Source of the DNA: Lama glama
Lineage: Eukaryota
DNA: 64,000 nt
Direction: 5' to 3'
NCBI GenBank assembly: GCA_028534125.1
Contig: CM052820.1
Location: 66,526,001 to 66,590,000 of the forward strand
Below the pieces are notes generated by a model. That model made no database searches, was not told the origin of the DNA, and worked only from the letters and a program-made list of their open reading frames with translations. This document shows, in pieces, positions 1 through 14,300 of this stretch. A program made the position numbers and the translations under genes. Positions within the stretch are counted from its first letter, which is position 1. Every line of letters begins with the position of its first letter.

Positions 1-1386
1 AATGGTCCTTAATAAAACATGGATAGTGTGACTATAATTACCAGGATCCTTAATCATTGAAGAAAACAAAAGAGAAAGCTTCCTGTGACACTACTTTCTC
101 TTGGCTTTCTATTATTGTTAGTCTAGGTCCTTTTCTGTGCATTAGGTAAGTCTACAAGCTGCATTCATTATTTTAGGATGTCAGGTTACTCTACGTTTCC
201 CCCCCCCATTCTGTTGTCTCCTGGGATCAGGAAAGAGTTAAATCTCCTCCAGAATCACCATCTAAGAGCAATGTCCACAGCAGGAGCATCTGCTCGTTAT
301 TAGATTATGTGGGCACTGGTCCGGGTAGAACTCTGAGCAGGCTAATAGCAGTGGAAGCACAGTTGTGGAAAAGCAACCCACAACTCGAACTGCCAGGACA
401 CAAAATTACCCTTTGGTCTTGGCACAGAGAGTGCCTCCACTTTTTTTTCCCCTATGCTGCTCTTTTTACTTCAAACAAAAAACAATCAAACTCATTAGTT
501 TACGTTGCCTCCAATCAAAGATTTGAAAACATGAAAAAAGTCATTTTAAAATGTCCAGATATTCTGTCTTCCTCCTAGTTTTCTCATACCCTACTTTCCC
601 ACCCAAAAAGGAAGAGGAAAGTGCCTGGTATGTAACTGGGCCTGAAATCAGAAGAGCCTGAGTACCACAAGAAAGGCTGCTCTTTTGATATTTTTGGCCA
701 ACACCAGGGGTGGATGTTCTAGAAATCTGGCCAAATTTTCAGCCCAATTTTGCAGACTAACTTGTGAGGTTCTGAGCACTTGGAAAGAAACAGATAAGCG
801 ACTCAGCAACAATTTTATTTAAATAGAGCCCAGACATCAAAGGTCCTTGGGTTCAACAAAGGTGACATTTTTACAGCTTGTGCAGTCCTGTTGCTTGACT
901 CCACTGACTAGTCAGAGGTGCAACTGTGAGCCATGCAGACTTGCCACACTAGGGGACAGACACACCGCAGGGCCAGAAGAGGATTTCCTAGTGGCTTGAT
1001 GGGTCTAGTAAAAGAGTCTCTGGTCACATCTAGACTCCACACCAGATGTTTGACAATCTTGCTGTATAATTGCTTTGTATGAGAACACAACTGTGAAAAC
1101 GACTTAACTTCTAACTTTTAATTAAATAAGTATATTCTTGCTAAGATACCACTCTAAGAAACAAAGTAAAAAGAAGTATAGGAATGTGTAGAGAAAATAT
1201 TTTATTGGCCTTTTCTAAATAAAGCAGAAATTTGCTGATTAAAAATAATCTCAAAACATTTTACAAATTATGTATTTAGCTCGAATTGAGGAAAAGAGTA
1301 AGGTAATTCTCTCATATATAAAAAGTGAACTGCCATGTTGGAAAGTGAGCAATAGTCCAATTTTGTTTGAATTAAGGGTGACTTTT

Positions 1387-1448
1387 TTTTTTTTTACCCT
1401 TTAAAAAATTTATTGAAGTATAGTCATTTACATTGTCTTAATTTCTGG
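1387..1448 (-). mobile_element. Very short 5'-truncated young L1 3' end with target-site duplication
   Basis: Poly-T, then 'tttattgaagtatagtcatttacattgtcttaatttctgg' (reverse complement of the L1 tail also seen at 26040-26110 and 46260-46325). Flanked by aagggtgactttt (1374-1386) and aagggtgattttt (1449-1461). Confidence 0.8.
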
Positions 1449-2189
1449 AAGGGTGATTTTTTAGAGCCCGACCCCAAACCATCTCCCTATCAACTTTGTG
1501 CCCATATCTAGCTTCTCATAGAGAAATTATTCAACAATTTGTTTCAATTGCTACCATGTGCTATGAAGTCTCCTTTTAAAATATAGTATTTTGAAAGGGA
1601 GGCTATTATGCTATTAGTTTCAACACATGATTTGAACTTGGTTTTCAGATTAGCCAGCTGAACACTGAGGGAGTACATCACAGAATGGATGAGTTTCTTA
1701 CTTAAAGGGAATAAGTAGCTCAGATATTTTTCTGACCAAGGTGGATTATTAGCTGTTATAAGTGGAGGCATGGTCGGGGAGGTCAAACTTTAGCTTGTCC
1801 CTGCATTCCTATATTGATTTAAGAGTTTAAAAGTCTTTGTGGTGAACACAGAGAAGAAAATAAAATACAGGCAGATTCAAAATACAGATTCAAATAAAGA
1901 GTGGATACATTTGCAGGAGATCTAAGAGTCCAGGATGAGGTAAATGTTAATGAAGGTGAAACAGGGAGTAAACTGAGAGCCAGGAATTTTCAAAAGCTGG
2001 CCCATACTTGCCCTCTTATATCATTAAATTATTTTTTAAAATATATCCAACTCAGAAAGACAGAGGGAAAAGAAGAAATAAAGAATTAGAAGCCCCATGA
2101 TGGGGTTATTGTTCAAAACATCAATTTTTGTTTAACGTAACTGATTATCTTTCTTCCATAAAACAATAATATCTCCTTGTTTTCTTTGA

Positions 2190-3645
2190 TAGCACTCCCC
2201 CTCAGTTTTCCTTTTCTATCTCTCAATGCTCCTTCTTAATTGTTTACTTTATCTATTATGCCTCTACCTGTAGAGGTGCCCAAGGATCAATCCTTAGATC
2301 ACCTTTCTTCTCTAGGCAACTTCCTCTAGTTTCATAGTTTTATATCATGCCTGTATGTTGACGGCTCACAAACACATCGGCCTTCCTAATCTCCCCTTTA
2401 AATTCCAGATGCTTTTTAGCCATCTCCACCTGGAAAACTAAGCCACCGCAAACCTAACTCCTGAAAAAACACTTCAGACGGCCCTCTAAAACCCGAACCT
2501 CGCAGCCTTCTCCTCAGCCCATGTCAACGCGATTCTTCCATTCGTCTAATTGCTCAGGCCAACAACCTTCCAGTTATGCCTGCCTCTCTCCCATACATCT
2601 CGCATCATCCGGTTTGTCAACAAATTCTGTGGGCTCTAACTTAAAAATATAGATGTCCACTTCTCACTTTCCCCATTGCTTCTACACTCGCAAAAAAAAT
2701 TCATTTTTAAAAAAAATTTTGCCATTGACTCCTAACTGGTTTTGCTTCTTTCACCCCTCCTTTTAGTCCCCACTTAGCATGCATTTCTTTTTAAAATTTA
2801 ATGTAGATCATGGCATTTCCTGACCAAAATTTTCCAGCGACTTCTTATCTGATTTGGAGTAAATGCCAAAGTTCTTATGCTATCCCATAAAACCCTACAG
2901 AATCTGGTTCCCTGACAACTCTCCAAGCCCATCCCGTGCACTCTCCAACTTGATCCCTCACCACCATGGCACTGGCTTTCCAGGAACACATCTAGCCTCA
3001 GGGCCTTTTCACTCACATTTTTTTCTCTCATGGACAGGCCTCCTCCAAATAGCTGCATGGTTCACTCCTTTACTTCTTCAGGTCTTCGCTTTCCTGTCAT
3101 ATCATCAGAAGGCTTCCTTGCCTACTCAATAGAAAAACAGGCTCTCTCCCCCTCTTCTAATTCAGATAGGGTTGCCAGACTGTAGGGGACACCCAGTTAT
3201 ACTTGAACTTCAAATGAACAACAGATATTTCATATTTCAGTGTAAGTATGCCCCAGATGTTACAGAGGATAAACTTCTACTAAAAACCCCCTAAAACAAA
3301 AAACAAACAAAAAAACTATTGCCAAATATTGCATGAGACATATTTATACTAAAAAATTATTTGCCGTTTATCTAAAATTCAAATTTGACTGAGTGCGTTG
3401 TATTTTATCTGGCAAGTCTAAACCCACCCCAGTATTCCCTCTTCTCCTTCTCCTGTAGTTTTCTCTATAGTGCATGTTGTCACCTGATTTACCACATGCT
3501 TACTTGTTTCTTGTCTGTCTCCTAAACTAAACTGATGGCAGGAACTTTGTTCTATTCACTATTTGATCTTAACACCAAGAGCAATGCCTGGCATGCCGAG
3601 ATTCACTGAGTGAATGAATGAATGAATGAATGAACAAATGAATGT
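2190..3645 (+). mobile_element. L2 LINE 3' portion (degenerate), interrupted by MER53
   Basis: Pyrimidine-rich L2-like body ending in 'gagcaatgcctggcatg...tgaatgaatgaatgaatg', the typical L2 3' tail. Boundaries approximate. Confidence 0.75.
3167..3420. mobile_element. MER53 palindromic hAT MITE with duplicated centre
   Basis: Starts TAGGGTTGCCAGA and ends TCTGGCAAGTCTA. The right arm 'ccaaatattgcatgagacatatttatactaaaaaattatttgccgtttatctaaaattcaaatttgactg' matches the MER53 consensus as recalled. Confidence 0.85.
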
Positions 3646-5124
3646 CGATAGGCTGCTATGTAGAGCTCGGGGATGCGGTCTGCTTACTCTGGGATCACCT
3701 CCTATGGTCTTTCTCCTTTACCCTTCCTGGGCCTTGACTGGTCCCTGGCTAGAAGAGGGCCAAGATCTGCAGTCCTGGTTTGGCAGCTGTGGGCTTCCGG
3801 GAAAATTCTCTGAAGCCTCCCCATTGTGCAGGCTGCTTCACCTCGCCTCAGCCAGCCAGTTCTGTGTCTCATGCTCGCCTGGTGCTTTACAGAGGAACCA
3901 AGGAGGCGGAGTAGTTTGCGGATTCTTAGTAGGCTATGTTTTCAGAAGGAAAATCCCTGTTGGATAGCGAATGTCATTCTGAATTCTTTAGATGTCAGGG
4001 CAGAGCTCACAGAAAGTCATTGTTTATGTCTGAAACAAATCTTTATTATGTGATTGAAAATGTTCTCAGTTACTCTAACTTACTTTTATTAAAAAGTTTA
4101 ATGTGTTTTTATTTCTTCCAGGCAGTAGATAAAAAGGTGTCACACAAATATTGATTTAAAATCCTAGCAAGTCTGCCCTCTTTCCCAAATCTTTTTTTGC
4201 TCTTTGAGAACAAATATATGCTTTCAAGGACTTGTGTGTGTGTGTGCGTGCGTGCTAAGACTACTTTAAGTCAGGAAATAAATCACTATTTTTTTATTTT
4301 TAGGAAAAATATATTATTTTCCAGTTCGACATTAACAAGTGAAATGTAGCAATGCAGTATATTGTCTAATTTATTGAAAATAGTATTAATTGTACATCAC
4401 ATGAAAGTATGCATGAACCCAACTATATTCCCTAAGAAATTCTGCCAAGCAGCAATTATAATACATGAAATCCTACAGCTTGAAAATTTAACTAGAAATA
4501 AGATTAAAATGAGACTATAATTGATTTACTAGTATCAAGTCCATTTTACAGGTAAGAAAACTAAAGAGTTTGTAGAATAAGTATAAAAAGTTTCTAAAAT
4601 TAACAAAAATGCTATAATTTTTAAATTATAAATTCCAAGTTTCTCAAATCCCAACTAGCCCTGTAAAGTTAACAATTACAGTTTAAAGAGACAGCAGTAA
4701 CTTTTTGTGATAAATAATCCACTAATGATAATGTTCTAGACGAACCACTGAAGTAAAGGCTCCAGTACTTTTTTCATGGCTTTACAGACAGCTGTGTATG
4801 TTTTCCATATAATTTTACTGAATTTCTATTCTCCAGTATGTTTTGTCTGGAAATTTCCAACATAGTCCTTGTCCTTTGTCATGTCCTGCTTTCATGCTTC
4901 ACTGAAGGCTAGTCCCAAACTCACTGTGTCTTGAGCCCTGTAACCACCCTGCTCCCCATCCCAACTCCAGGAGTCTCATTTCACTCCTTAATTTACAGAC
5001 AACAAAGAACCATCCCTCTGTTTTTAGTTCTACGATGTACAGGCTTCCATCATTTCTGGGCATGCTTCTCACTTTGACCTTACTATAGAATATCACACTT
5101 ATAATTTAAAAAGTAGTGAAAACT

Positions 5125-5300
5125 TACTATTGTCTGCCAAGTACTTTTCTATGCAGTTTACAAATAGTAACTCATTTAATCCTTACATAGCTTTCTGAGT
5201 AGGTCCTAATCTCTGGTTCTCAGAAGAGAAGACTGAAGCTGAGTGACAGAGTAGTTTGGATCCAGCCAGAGAGTGTAGCTCCAGAATCCTGGCTCTCACT
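5125..5300 (-). mobile_element. MIR SINE
   Basis: 'aactcatttaatccttacatagc...gtaggt...cagaagagaagactgaagct' is the reverse-strand MIR core. Confidence 0.65.
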
Positions 5301-6814
5301 CAGCAGGGTGCCTTCCCTTGACCTCTGGGCATGCACATCCCTGACCTGACTATGAGATCCTTAAGTTCAGGGGCTCTTTATTAAGGAGCCTTGTATCTCC
5401 AATGCCAGATGTAGTTCCTGAATCATGGTAGGAATTACATAGTTGTTGCCAAATTAAATGAAAGGGAGGAGAGAAGAAAGGAAAGGAGGGAAGGAGGGAG
5501 AAGAGGGAGGGAAAAGGAGAGGAATTTTTCATCTTTTTTTTTTAAACAGTTCACTTGGTATCTTAAATTGTCAGCATCTTCTGAGCGGTCACCTGTTTAT
5601 TCTACAAAAGACAAGGAAGCAAACAAACAAATAACAAATCTTTACCCAACCAAAGCAAATAAAGAGATGAACTAAGCCCTTATTTAAACCTAACTAATTT
5701 CTTCCAAGACACACAAGACATACTTGAGTTTAAAGCTTTCATCATTCAGTCAGTCACTCATGTATAAAGGTTTGTTAAATACATATTGAATTAGCCAATT
5801 CCCAGGGAGCTCACCCTGTTTTATTTATTTTTTGAGGGAAAAATATCACCTCCTAGCATACATAATTTATTTATTAATTATATGAATTGTTAATTGCCTG
5901 GCTCACTTTGCTTTCTTCCCTGATGTATCCTGGGCACCTACAACCCTGCCTGATGCAGATACACATCAATAAATATTTATAAAATTAATGAATCAGCATG
6001 AAAAAACATAAAATCTGAACAGAGCATGGTGCATTTGTAATGAAAGGAACTGGCAGGATTTGGGGGTCAAACTGAAGATATATTAGTGAAGAAAATTACA
6101 GAGTCAAGAGTCATTGAGAACTCTGAATTATATTGCCAACAACCAAAGAGGAATAAAAACAGAAAAAGGAAAAGAGGGTTTGGGGGAAAGATCTGGAATT
6201 AAATTTTGACTAGATTTCATTTGAGTTGCATGCAGAACAACCAGGTGAATTCTAGTTGGCAACCAAAAATGTCTACCTACCTAAGAATCTTTATTATGCA
6301 AAAGCCATAAGGACCAAAGTATTCAACACTGAACTGTGAAAGTCAGTGTTGTGACTGAGTTCATAGTTGATTCCTTGGCTCCTCAGTCTTCTGTTGTGAA
6401 ATTATAAACAGGTTGCAATATATTTTGAAACCAAAAATAAAACGCCATATATGCTTTAGAACTCAGTGTGAATGTACATGTACATACACATTTGTTTGGC
6501 TAAAAGGAAAGTATTTGGAGTAGGATGTGAAATGTCCCTCGTTTTACTAATAGGAAGATTGACAAGAACCAGCTAATGGCAGTTGTTTTGTTACATAAAT
6601 TAGGGTTATGTCCACTAACTGAGAAATGGGAAGACTGTTACAAGAGAAAAGAGATTGATGAATGTGAAGAGCATTATGGAATCAAGACTACAAGTGAAAA
6701 TTTAAACTCTGTTTAGGAGGAAGAACAACAGAAAGAGATCCTTTAAGGAAAAGAAAAATAATAGCTGGAGACAACTGTATGAAAATTGCTATTCTTAGAA
6801 AAAATACACGGCAA

Positions 6815-7248
6815 GTACATCAGTCTGAGTTCACCAGAGAAACAGCACTACTAGGAGCCAATGCCTGTATAGAATATATATGTATATCCTATCCTACCCT
6901 GTATCAAGAGATTTATTTTGAGGAATTAGCTCACACAAGTGTGGGGGCTGGCAAGCCCAAAAGTTGCAGGGTGTTCTGGGAGGCTAGAAACTCAAGCAGG
7001 TGTTGACGTGGAATTATTTCTTTTGCCTTTCCCTTCTCGCCTCCCTCTCCCTCTCTCTCCCTCCTTCTGTTTTCGCTCTTGAAGTCTGAAACTAATTGAG
7101 TGAGGTATATCCATGTTACCGGGTGTTATCTGCTTTACTTAAAAGTCAACTGATTGTAGATGTTAACCACACTGTAGCCCAGATTTGGGTTTGATTAAGT
7201 TACTAGATATGATAGCCTCACCAAATGGACGTAAAATTAACCATCATA
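6815..7248 (-). mobile_element. MLT2-family ERVL solo LTR
   Basis: Contains 'gagttcaccagagaaacagcac', 'gagatttattttgaggaattagctcacaca...ggctggcaagccc' and 'tctgctttacttaaaagtcaactgatt'. Ends 'aaaattaaccatcata' (reverse of the TGTGATGGTTAATTTT start). Confidence 0.85.
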
Positions 7249-8829
7249 GCAAGAATGTATACAAGGTTCAGGTTGAGTAATAAGGCAAAGGACACAGCTA
7301 ATCCAAAGTAGCTCCCAGTTTGTACCTTATCACTTGCTGAGAAAGGCAGAGGAGAGAAGAACGTGAGAGCAAGACACTAGCTGAGATGACAACGGTCTAG
7401 GGCGAGTGAACACGGGGCACAGGCGTACACCAGGAAGATCGCTGGACCAGCAGCAAGAACACCTGGTTCCAGGTACTAGTTCCTTTAATTTGGTCATAAG
7501 TAACACCACTTCTCTAAGCCAAATGAAAATGATTTTACCTGTTCCATCTGCATCAAAAAATAGTTTTTCAAGTCAAATGACATTATGTGCATGAAAGATG
7601 TACACATGCATATTTATATATGCATCTATTACTGCTACCACTATCAAGACTCTATGAGCAGAAGCCTAGGTCAGTCCAACACACGTGCAGTTGAGTGAAC
7701 ATGTGACCTTAACAGATACATCAAATTCAACATTGAAAGGAGACTGTCACCAAATGTCACTGCCCACCTTTTTCCCTCAGTCTTACCCAACAGAGTTGCA
7801 CAATTAGAGGCCACTGTGGTTATAACAAATCATCGATATCCAGTTTAAATTCAAACTATGATCTGAGTGACTATGTATTGCTTTCAGCAGGTTATGGTGA
7901 TCAATATGGAATTAAAATCTACAAGTTCAAATGAAACAGAGTTATTCTCTGAGTGAAGATTTAGCAACAAAGACTGCCGAGTATTTAATCAAAAGGTGAT
8001 TCATAGTTTTAATCCTATGTTATTATTCCTTCTTCTCGCTTTAGGAATGTTTTAGTAATCAAAATGTCTACATGAAAGACAAATAATTTGAAATCTTGAG
8101 TTATTGGAGGTTCACAAATTATATAAACAAGCTACATTTAAGCATAATTAATAGCATATATTGTATTGTGATTAATGGGTTGAGGGAACAGCAGAAGAAA
8201 AATATTTCCCTCTTTTCCAATAAAAAGAGGAACATCTATGTATATATACTATTGACTTTAACTTATTTGAGGATGAGAAAAAAAGCATTATCATTAAAAT
8301 GAAAATGGGGGGGGGAATCCAAGTTCAAAAAATGGATACCAGCAATGAGGTATCCAAATATTTACAAACCTGACATAATAAAACTATAGTCCAAGATAAA
8401 TTTTATGAAAATGCACATGTTAGCAAGTGAGTAATTGTACTTTTACCAGCAAAGCACTATTTATTCTTAATAAGTAGTTTCTTTAAATAACTACATTACT
8501 AGTACATTTAAATATTTATTTACAATGATAATTTGTTCATTATAAAAGCTGAAAGGTATCCTAGGCGAGATGCTAAAAGAGACACAAGTCCACGCCAATT
8601 GAAGTTTCATAACAGAGTAAGGATCAAGCATTTCTGAAACTGAAATGTAAATCAAAGAGCAAAATATTGCTTAAGAACAATTCAAATTATACTCAGAAAT
8701 GTCAGAAACATCCTAACGGTAAAGCGAACTTTGTGTGCCTGTATCGATCCAATGGAAACCTCCCTTAACTTGGGATCTCCCTCCCCCTCAAAAAACAAAC
8801 AAACAAACAAGCAAGCAAGCAAACAAAAA

Positions 8830-9340
8830 AACATCCTCCTGAGAAAGGTTTGTGGTCAGGTGACTTAATTTGGAAAATTCCTCTAGGAAACAACTGGGGA
8901 TGGGGGCTGGCAAAAGCAAAACCAGAAAGGAGGAGAGAAAGCATCGTTGAGCTGACTTCCACGGTGGAAACTGGAGCTCAGCGCTTTGGGGGATCCTGTG
9001 AAAACCATGTAGAATTCACCCCAGAACTGTCCACCTGAGCCCAGTGTAGAGGAGAGTATTTATTCATGACTCTCACCCCACATTGGTCAAAGGTCTTTTG
9101 AGGATGTGACTTTCCTACCCTCCAGATGTGCACGTGTCCAGCCTTTTACTCTGAAGCTGAAGCAGCAGCAGCCCAGGGCAGAAAGCAAGAGAAACAGAAT
9201 GCAGCTGAGGCCAGACACTCAGGCTCCCAGGTCGCAGCTGGATCCACAGCAATGGCACACAGGTGCCCTGCAGAGGATGTGAGACAGGGCACATCCGTAG
9301 GGTGTTTGCCTTCTTCAGTTTCACCGGCACAGTTTAAAGT
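8830..9340. mobile_element. Degenerate ERVL-class LTR (LTR33/LTR41-like)
   Basis: 'ctgagaaaggtttgtggtcaggtgacttaatttggaaaattcctctaggaaacaactggg' resembles this LTR group. Locally GC-richer. Family assignment uncertain. Confidence 0.4.
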
Positions 9341-9604
9341 CGACCTGGATGGCAACAAGTTTTCAGAAAAGGCTAGTATTTTTTAGAGATCTGCTCCAAA
9401 GTTTTCACCAGAGTTAGGTAAACAGATTCATGGAACTGCAGATCAGATGTTATCTTGGAAGTCCTGGGGCCAAGGCTGACGATTTTCTATACTAAGAAAG
9501 AGAAACTCATAGATATTTTAAAAAAACAGGACCCAGAGCAGCAGGAGACACAAGTCTTTTCTTTCCTTATTCAGAGTTGTCTGTTCTTTATTGCATATTT
9601 GAGA

Positions 9605-9736
9605 GTCACTCATTTGTTCACCAACAAATATTAGATGCCTTTTGAGTACTTGTAGGCACTATGCTAAATGCTGGGCACAATGGTTAGAGACTAGACATGG
9701 TCCCTGCAATGAAAGTTAGACAGAGAGATAGTAAGT

Positions 9737-9799
<63 letters not shown>

Positions 9800-9850
9800 C
9801 AGGCAAACTTACAGTTGCAAACCATGTTAAGTGCTTTGAAGAAAAATATC
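9605..9850 (-). mobile_element. L2 3' end containing a (GA)n microsatellite
   Basis: 'cactcatttgttcaccaacaaatatt...taggcactatgctaaatgctggg...gacatggtccctgc' is the reverse-strand L2 tail. Confidence 0.65.
9741..9796. repeat. (GA)n microsatellite
   Basis: Perfect GA run of about 28 units, read directly. Confidence 0.97.
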
Positions 9851-10079
9851 TACAGTGCTAATTTGTGACCCCCCATAACATAATAATCATTGAACAACCC
9901 TCACTCATTGGATTCCACACATCACATTCCTGTTTCTGTTTATCCTTCTCAAGTCAGAATGGTGTCATTAGTTTTGTTTTTTTAATTTTTTTTTAGTATC
10001 CAAGACTACTAACACAGCCAATAAAGAAATGTTACTTCAATCTTGCCTCAGGATACATAGAGAATATTTTATCATATTT

Positions 10080-11280
10080 TATTTTTATTTTCCTCCAACT
10101 TGAATCATTCTCTACCCTCAGCTTTTACAACATTACACTCTCTTCTTTTCCTCCCACCTTCCCGACCATTGGTTTGGTTTCTCATCATGTAAATGTTGCA
10201 GTTTTCCAGGCAGGTTGTGTCCCTCTTTTTTCTCCCTCTTCCTCTACTTAGGCAACCTTCTCCACTGGCCATGGCTTTGCACACCAAGCACACATATCTA
10301 TGATCAAGACCTCTCCACTGAGCCCAGCCCTGTAGCCCTCTGCTCTCTGGGTATTTCCACTTGGATATTTCAGAGTCAACAGCTCAAAACCAAACATGTG
10401 GTTTTCCTTCCATCCTGGCCCTCCTTCTGACCACCTCTTCCTTTTCCCATTGAAGGGCATCACAGAACACCAATGGCACCACCAGTAACCCCGGGAGCAT
10501 TTTTGTAAACCACTCACTCTCAAATGCCTCCGTGTCCATTCCATAGTAAATGAATATTTAGTGCCTCCTGTCTGCACTCATCTTTCCTCCCACCATCATC
10601 CCAAGCCAAACTCTCATCCCTCTTTCTGGATTATTGCAGGAACCTCCCATCAAAGGTACCCATTTACAATCAATGTGGTTTTCCATTCCAGTAAGTTCCT
10701 TTCAAGATGCAAATCCTGGCCACATGGTGCCCATGTGTGCCCTCTTCCCACCTCTCCTGATTAACAATGTCAGTGGCTCCCCATCACCTTTAATGTAGAG
10801 GCTAAAATACACAGTCTGATCTCCACCAGCTTTTTGTATCTCACCTTCCCTTATTCCCATCACTGGGTCTTTGCTCAGTGGAATGTTCCTCCCTCCCCTC
10901 CTACAGCTTCCTTCCTGCAAGAACTCCTGCTGCTTTTTGGATCTCAGTTCAGTCCTGTCCTCAGGCAGGAAGCAGTTCCTGACCTTCCTGATGAGGCAAT
11001 ACCCTTGTAGCAACTTCTCCTTTAAAGCGCTTGGACCACCGTAGTTTCCTATGTTCATCTTGATCACTGTAATCGTTTGAAGAATGCTGTCTCCCTCTAG
11101 CATGTAGGCTTCACAGGCAGGGGTCTTCCTCACTGCCATGCACACACACACACACGCACACACACATGCACACGCACAACCCCCCACCACAGGCACTTTT
11201 CTTACCTTCAGAGCTTCAGATTTTAGAACAGTGTCAGGCCCAGACAAGGGTCTCAAATACTTAGCTGAATTAATGAATGG
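10080..11280 (+). mobile_element. L2 LINE 3' portion
   Basis: CT-rich L2 body ending 'agaacagtgtcaggcccagacaagggtctcaaatacttagctgaattaatgaatg'. Includes a short (CA)-type repeat at 11140-11178. Confidence 0.7.
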
Positions 11281-13414
11281 TATCCAGACTAAGTTCAAAT
11301 GTGAATTTCATGTCAGTTTGTTTTCCTCAAGATTACAAGAACCTACATAAACCAGACTTTGTTCAAAGCACATGTAGATAGCGCAGATGAGTGGAAGACG
11401 GTGGTATGTACATTTAAGTCAGCAAAAAAATAAATAAATAGATATTTCCTGGCATAAATCAAAAATCAATTTTTTTCTAATCCCAGTCTATTTTTTAAAA
11501 TTCCATCATAAATGGAGATATTTCTAGCCTCATATATTGAGGCTAAGAATATACTCAACTTTATTTAATGAGATTTGGTTACATTCCAGCCAAAACAAAT
11601 GTTCTCCTCTTTAACCACAGAGAAGACGTTAATGCGTGGATCTTAAAAATCTGTCACACTTATCAATACGGATACCTGGATTTCATATCCTTGGGAAAAC
11701 ACCAAATCTCCCTAACAGCTTCTGGTTTCAACCTTCTCCACCCCACCTCTTAATAGCAAGAAAGGTAGCCACATGTTCAGAAAATTGAGCGACATGATTT
11801 AAAATAAATTCCATTTAAATGTACAGGAGAATGATCACAAGATGCCTGATGCCATGATTATTGAAGACTGAAGTTCTGGCCGGCGCACACTTATGAACTG
11901 CAGTAGGGAGTGTGATGGAAGAGAGGTGAGGAGGAAAGAAGGGAAATCCTTAAAAATAAAAAAAGGGTAATGAACAACCTAGAAGAGATTTTAATCCATT
12001 ACAGAGCATCTTGATGATAATGTATGACAAGGCTCCACCCCAGGGATCAAGGCTGATCCGAGGAAGGGGAAGAATACTTGTACCCCCATGGCACTGAGCA
12101 TCTTCTGTTTTTCAGAGCCAGCCCACAAGTGACACTCCTTTCAGTCTATGATAAGGCTTGCTGTTGTGCTCCTGAAATGGTAATACTTTAACATGCCAAA
12201 TCAAAAGAAAGAAGTCCAGGAAGGAGGAAAATGTGCCTTATTAAAAAAAAAAATCCACATACACCTAGAACACATACCTCAACAAACAAGCATAGCTTTC
12301 TTCCTAGCTTTCCTTCTTCAAAACTTCAAAGGCAGGACAAATGCCCGTGACAATAGGGAACAGTTAGAAAACTACGATATAAATATGCATTTTGTGGTCT
12401 TTGCTAAAACCTGCGTTTGAAGTTAGACTTCATGGTAACTGCTTTAGAAATGTCAATGCCACAACAAACTCAAACTTTTCATGATTTGATCTATTGCCCA
12501 AGACTGATGTGGCAGTCATGTAACTGTTTTCATTTCTTTTAATAAACTATTGCTGATTGCCTCTACAATTTAAAGAATTCCAAATATGAATGGATACTTA
12601 GTATATTTTTCCCTTTTGAGTAATCAGTGCAAAAAAGATATGCAGGAATTTAAAACAAACAAACGATCTTTTCCCAACATTGAGAAGAAGCCTCTGGGAT
12701 TATCCTTAACATATAAATATCAGTAGAAACACTTAGGAAAGTTACTTCTCTTTTTCTACTTAAGCTGAAGACGTGAGGTAATTATTTTAGAAATACCAAA
12801 TCATGTTGATTGACTTCCTCTACCAATTAAATTTATTAGCAGATTGCACAGTATTCCACCCAATTTTTTTTTCTACTACATGAGCTTTCAACTAAATCAA
12901 GGAACTATTTAAAAGAAAAGTGAAAATATGACTGGTTACTTAGTGAGTATTTAATACAGGTTGACCAGCTATAGTTTTATGTAATGTGTATTCAGTAAGT
13001 ATTTAATGTGTTTTCAAAGTTGCATTTTACATTACTTAACAAAGCTATATATGGATGAGTAAATTGACATTTACCTTGAGATGAATGTCCAAGTTAGACC
13101 CAGAGTAAAGTAGAGTAAACTGCATCATTGATGCCAGATGATCTGTTGGAAACACCTCTCCTCTTTTGTTGCTATCTATGCCATTTTGAGCATAATTACA
13201 CAGATCTTGCACAAATTAACAGTCACATGCACACACACATAGTCCTTAGGAAGCTTACAGTCTACCTCTAAGGAATTAATGACTAGAATAGAAATATTTT
13301 CCTGTTGATCTACATGTCCTGTATGTTGGAAGCAGATATTAATTCTGGTTTTCCATTTCCCGAGTTGAAGTCCTTTTCTTGTAGGGGTGAAAACACGCAG
13401 TTCAGTGGCTTCCG

Positions 13415-13417
<3 letters not shown>

Positions 13418-13459
<42 letters not shown>

Positions 13460-13473
13460 CACACACACATACA
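13418..13473. repeat. (CA)n microsatellite
   Basis: Read directly. Confidence 0.95.
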
Positions 13474-14149
13474 CTTCTGTCACATACAAGAGAGATACTC
13501 TCTGGAGCCTGAAATTCTCCCTACAGCAACACACATTTAGGTCAATTAGAACTACAGGCACATACAAGGGTCTGGGGAGTAGGAATTTTTAGCAAGTAAT
13601 TGTTATTGAAACACAAAATTTAGAGAGCACCTCACAGAAGAGTCAAAGGTGAATTCACCTTAAATCTTTGCTCTGAGCCAAGAATAACCTAAAACCTAAA
13701 ATATTCTTTCAAAAGAAACTTACTTTACAATACTCAGATCAAAACAAGTTTCTATGAGTCCTCTGTTTCTCATTTCAACCCAGTGTACCTTATGTAATTA
13801 TGCTCAAAAACAAAAAACAAAAACTTTTAACTATTTTAGGCCAATCAATTTGCCAGAAATTCTCCATTAATCTAGACAACTACTTTCTCTCAACAGATTA
13901 TGTCCAAGTCATGCTCAGATCCAATGTTAAAAGAAAGTCTACATTTCTGGATCTCACTTAATTTTGCATGAAAAATATAGTAAGTTTGCAAAACCAGGGA
14001 GGAAAGAAAAGTCTTACCAAATATTGATTGCAACCAGTAGCTTCCAGAGTTAGTAATGGATAAAAGTAAACCATGGAAGGCCCTTCCTGAGGGAAGGTTG
14101 GGGCATACCACCAAAGGGAAATAATTGCTTAGGCATTTCATTGATCATT

Positions 14150-14300
14150 TTAGTTATTAATTTATTCAGCAATATTTATTGAGTACTTACTGTGTTTCAG
14201 GCCATGTACAAGTTCTGGGAATAGAGCGATGAGCAAAAAAAAATGCCTTTGCCTTCACTGAGCTTAGATTTTTAGCAAGAGAGACAAGTATTAAATAAAT
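14150..14300 (-). mobile_element. L2 3' end
   Basis: 'ttattcagcaatatttattgagtacttactgtgtttcaggccatgtacaagttctgggaatagagcgatgagcaaaa...gccttcactgagcttaga'. Confidence 0.75.

Noticed and set aside
10702-11298. 198-aa minus-strand ORF
   Set aside because: Lies in antisense L2 plus a (CA) repeat (the CACACVC stretch), starts at a non-ATG codon and has no protein-like features.
13646-13661. Perfect 16-bp palindrome aaggtgaattcacctt overlapping a DR1-like gagtcaaaggtga
   Set aside because: About one such palindrome is expected by chance in 64 kb (64000/4^8), and there is no independent support.
14018-14141. Minus-strand ATG-to-TTG|GTAAGA exon-like unit
   Set aside because: Abuts an L2 tail, has no CpG retention or other support, and is indistinguishable from a chance pseudo-exon.
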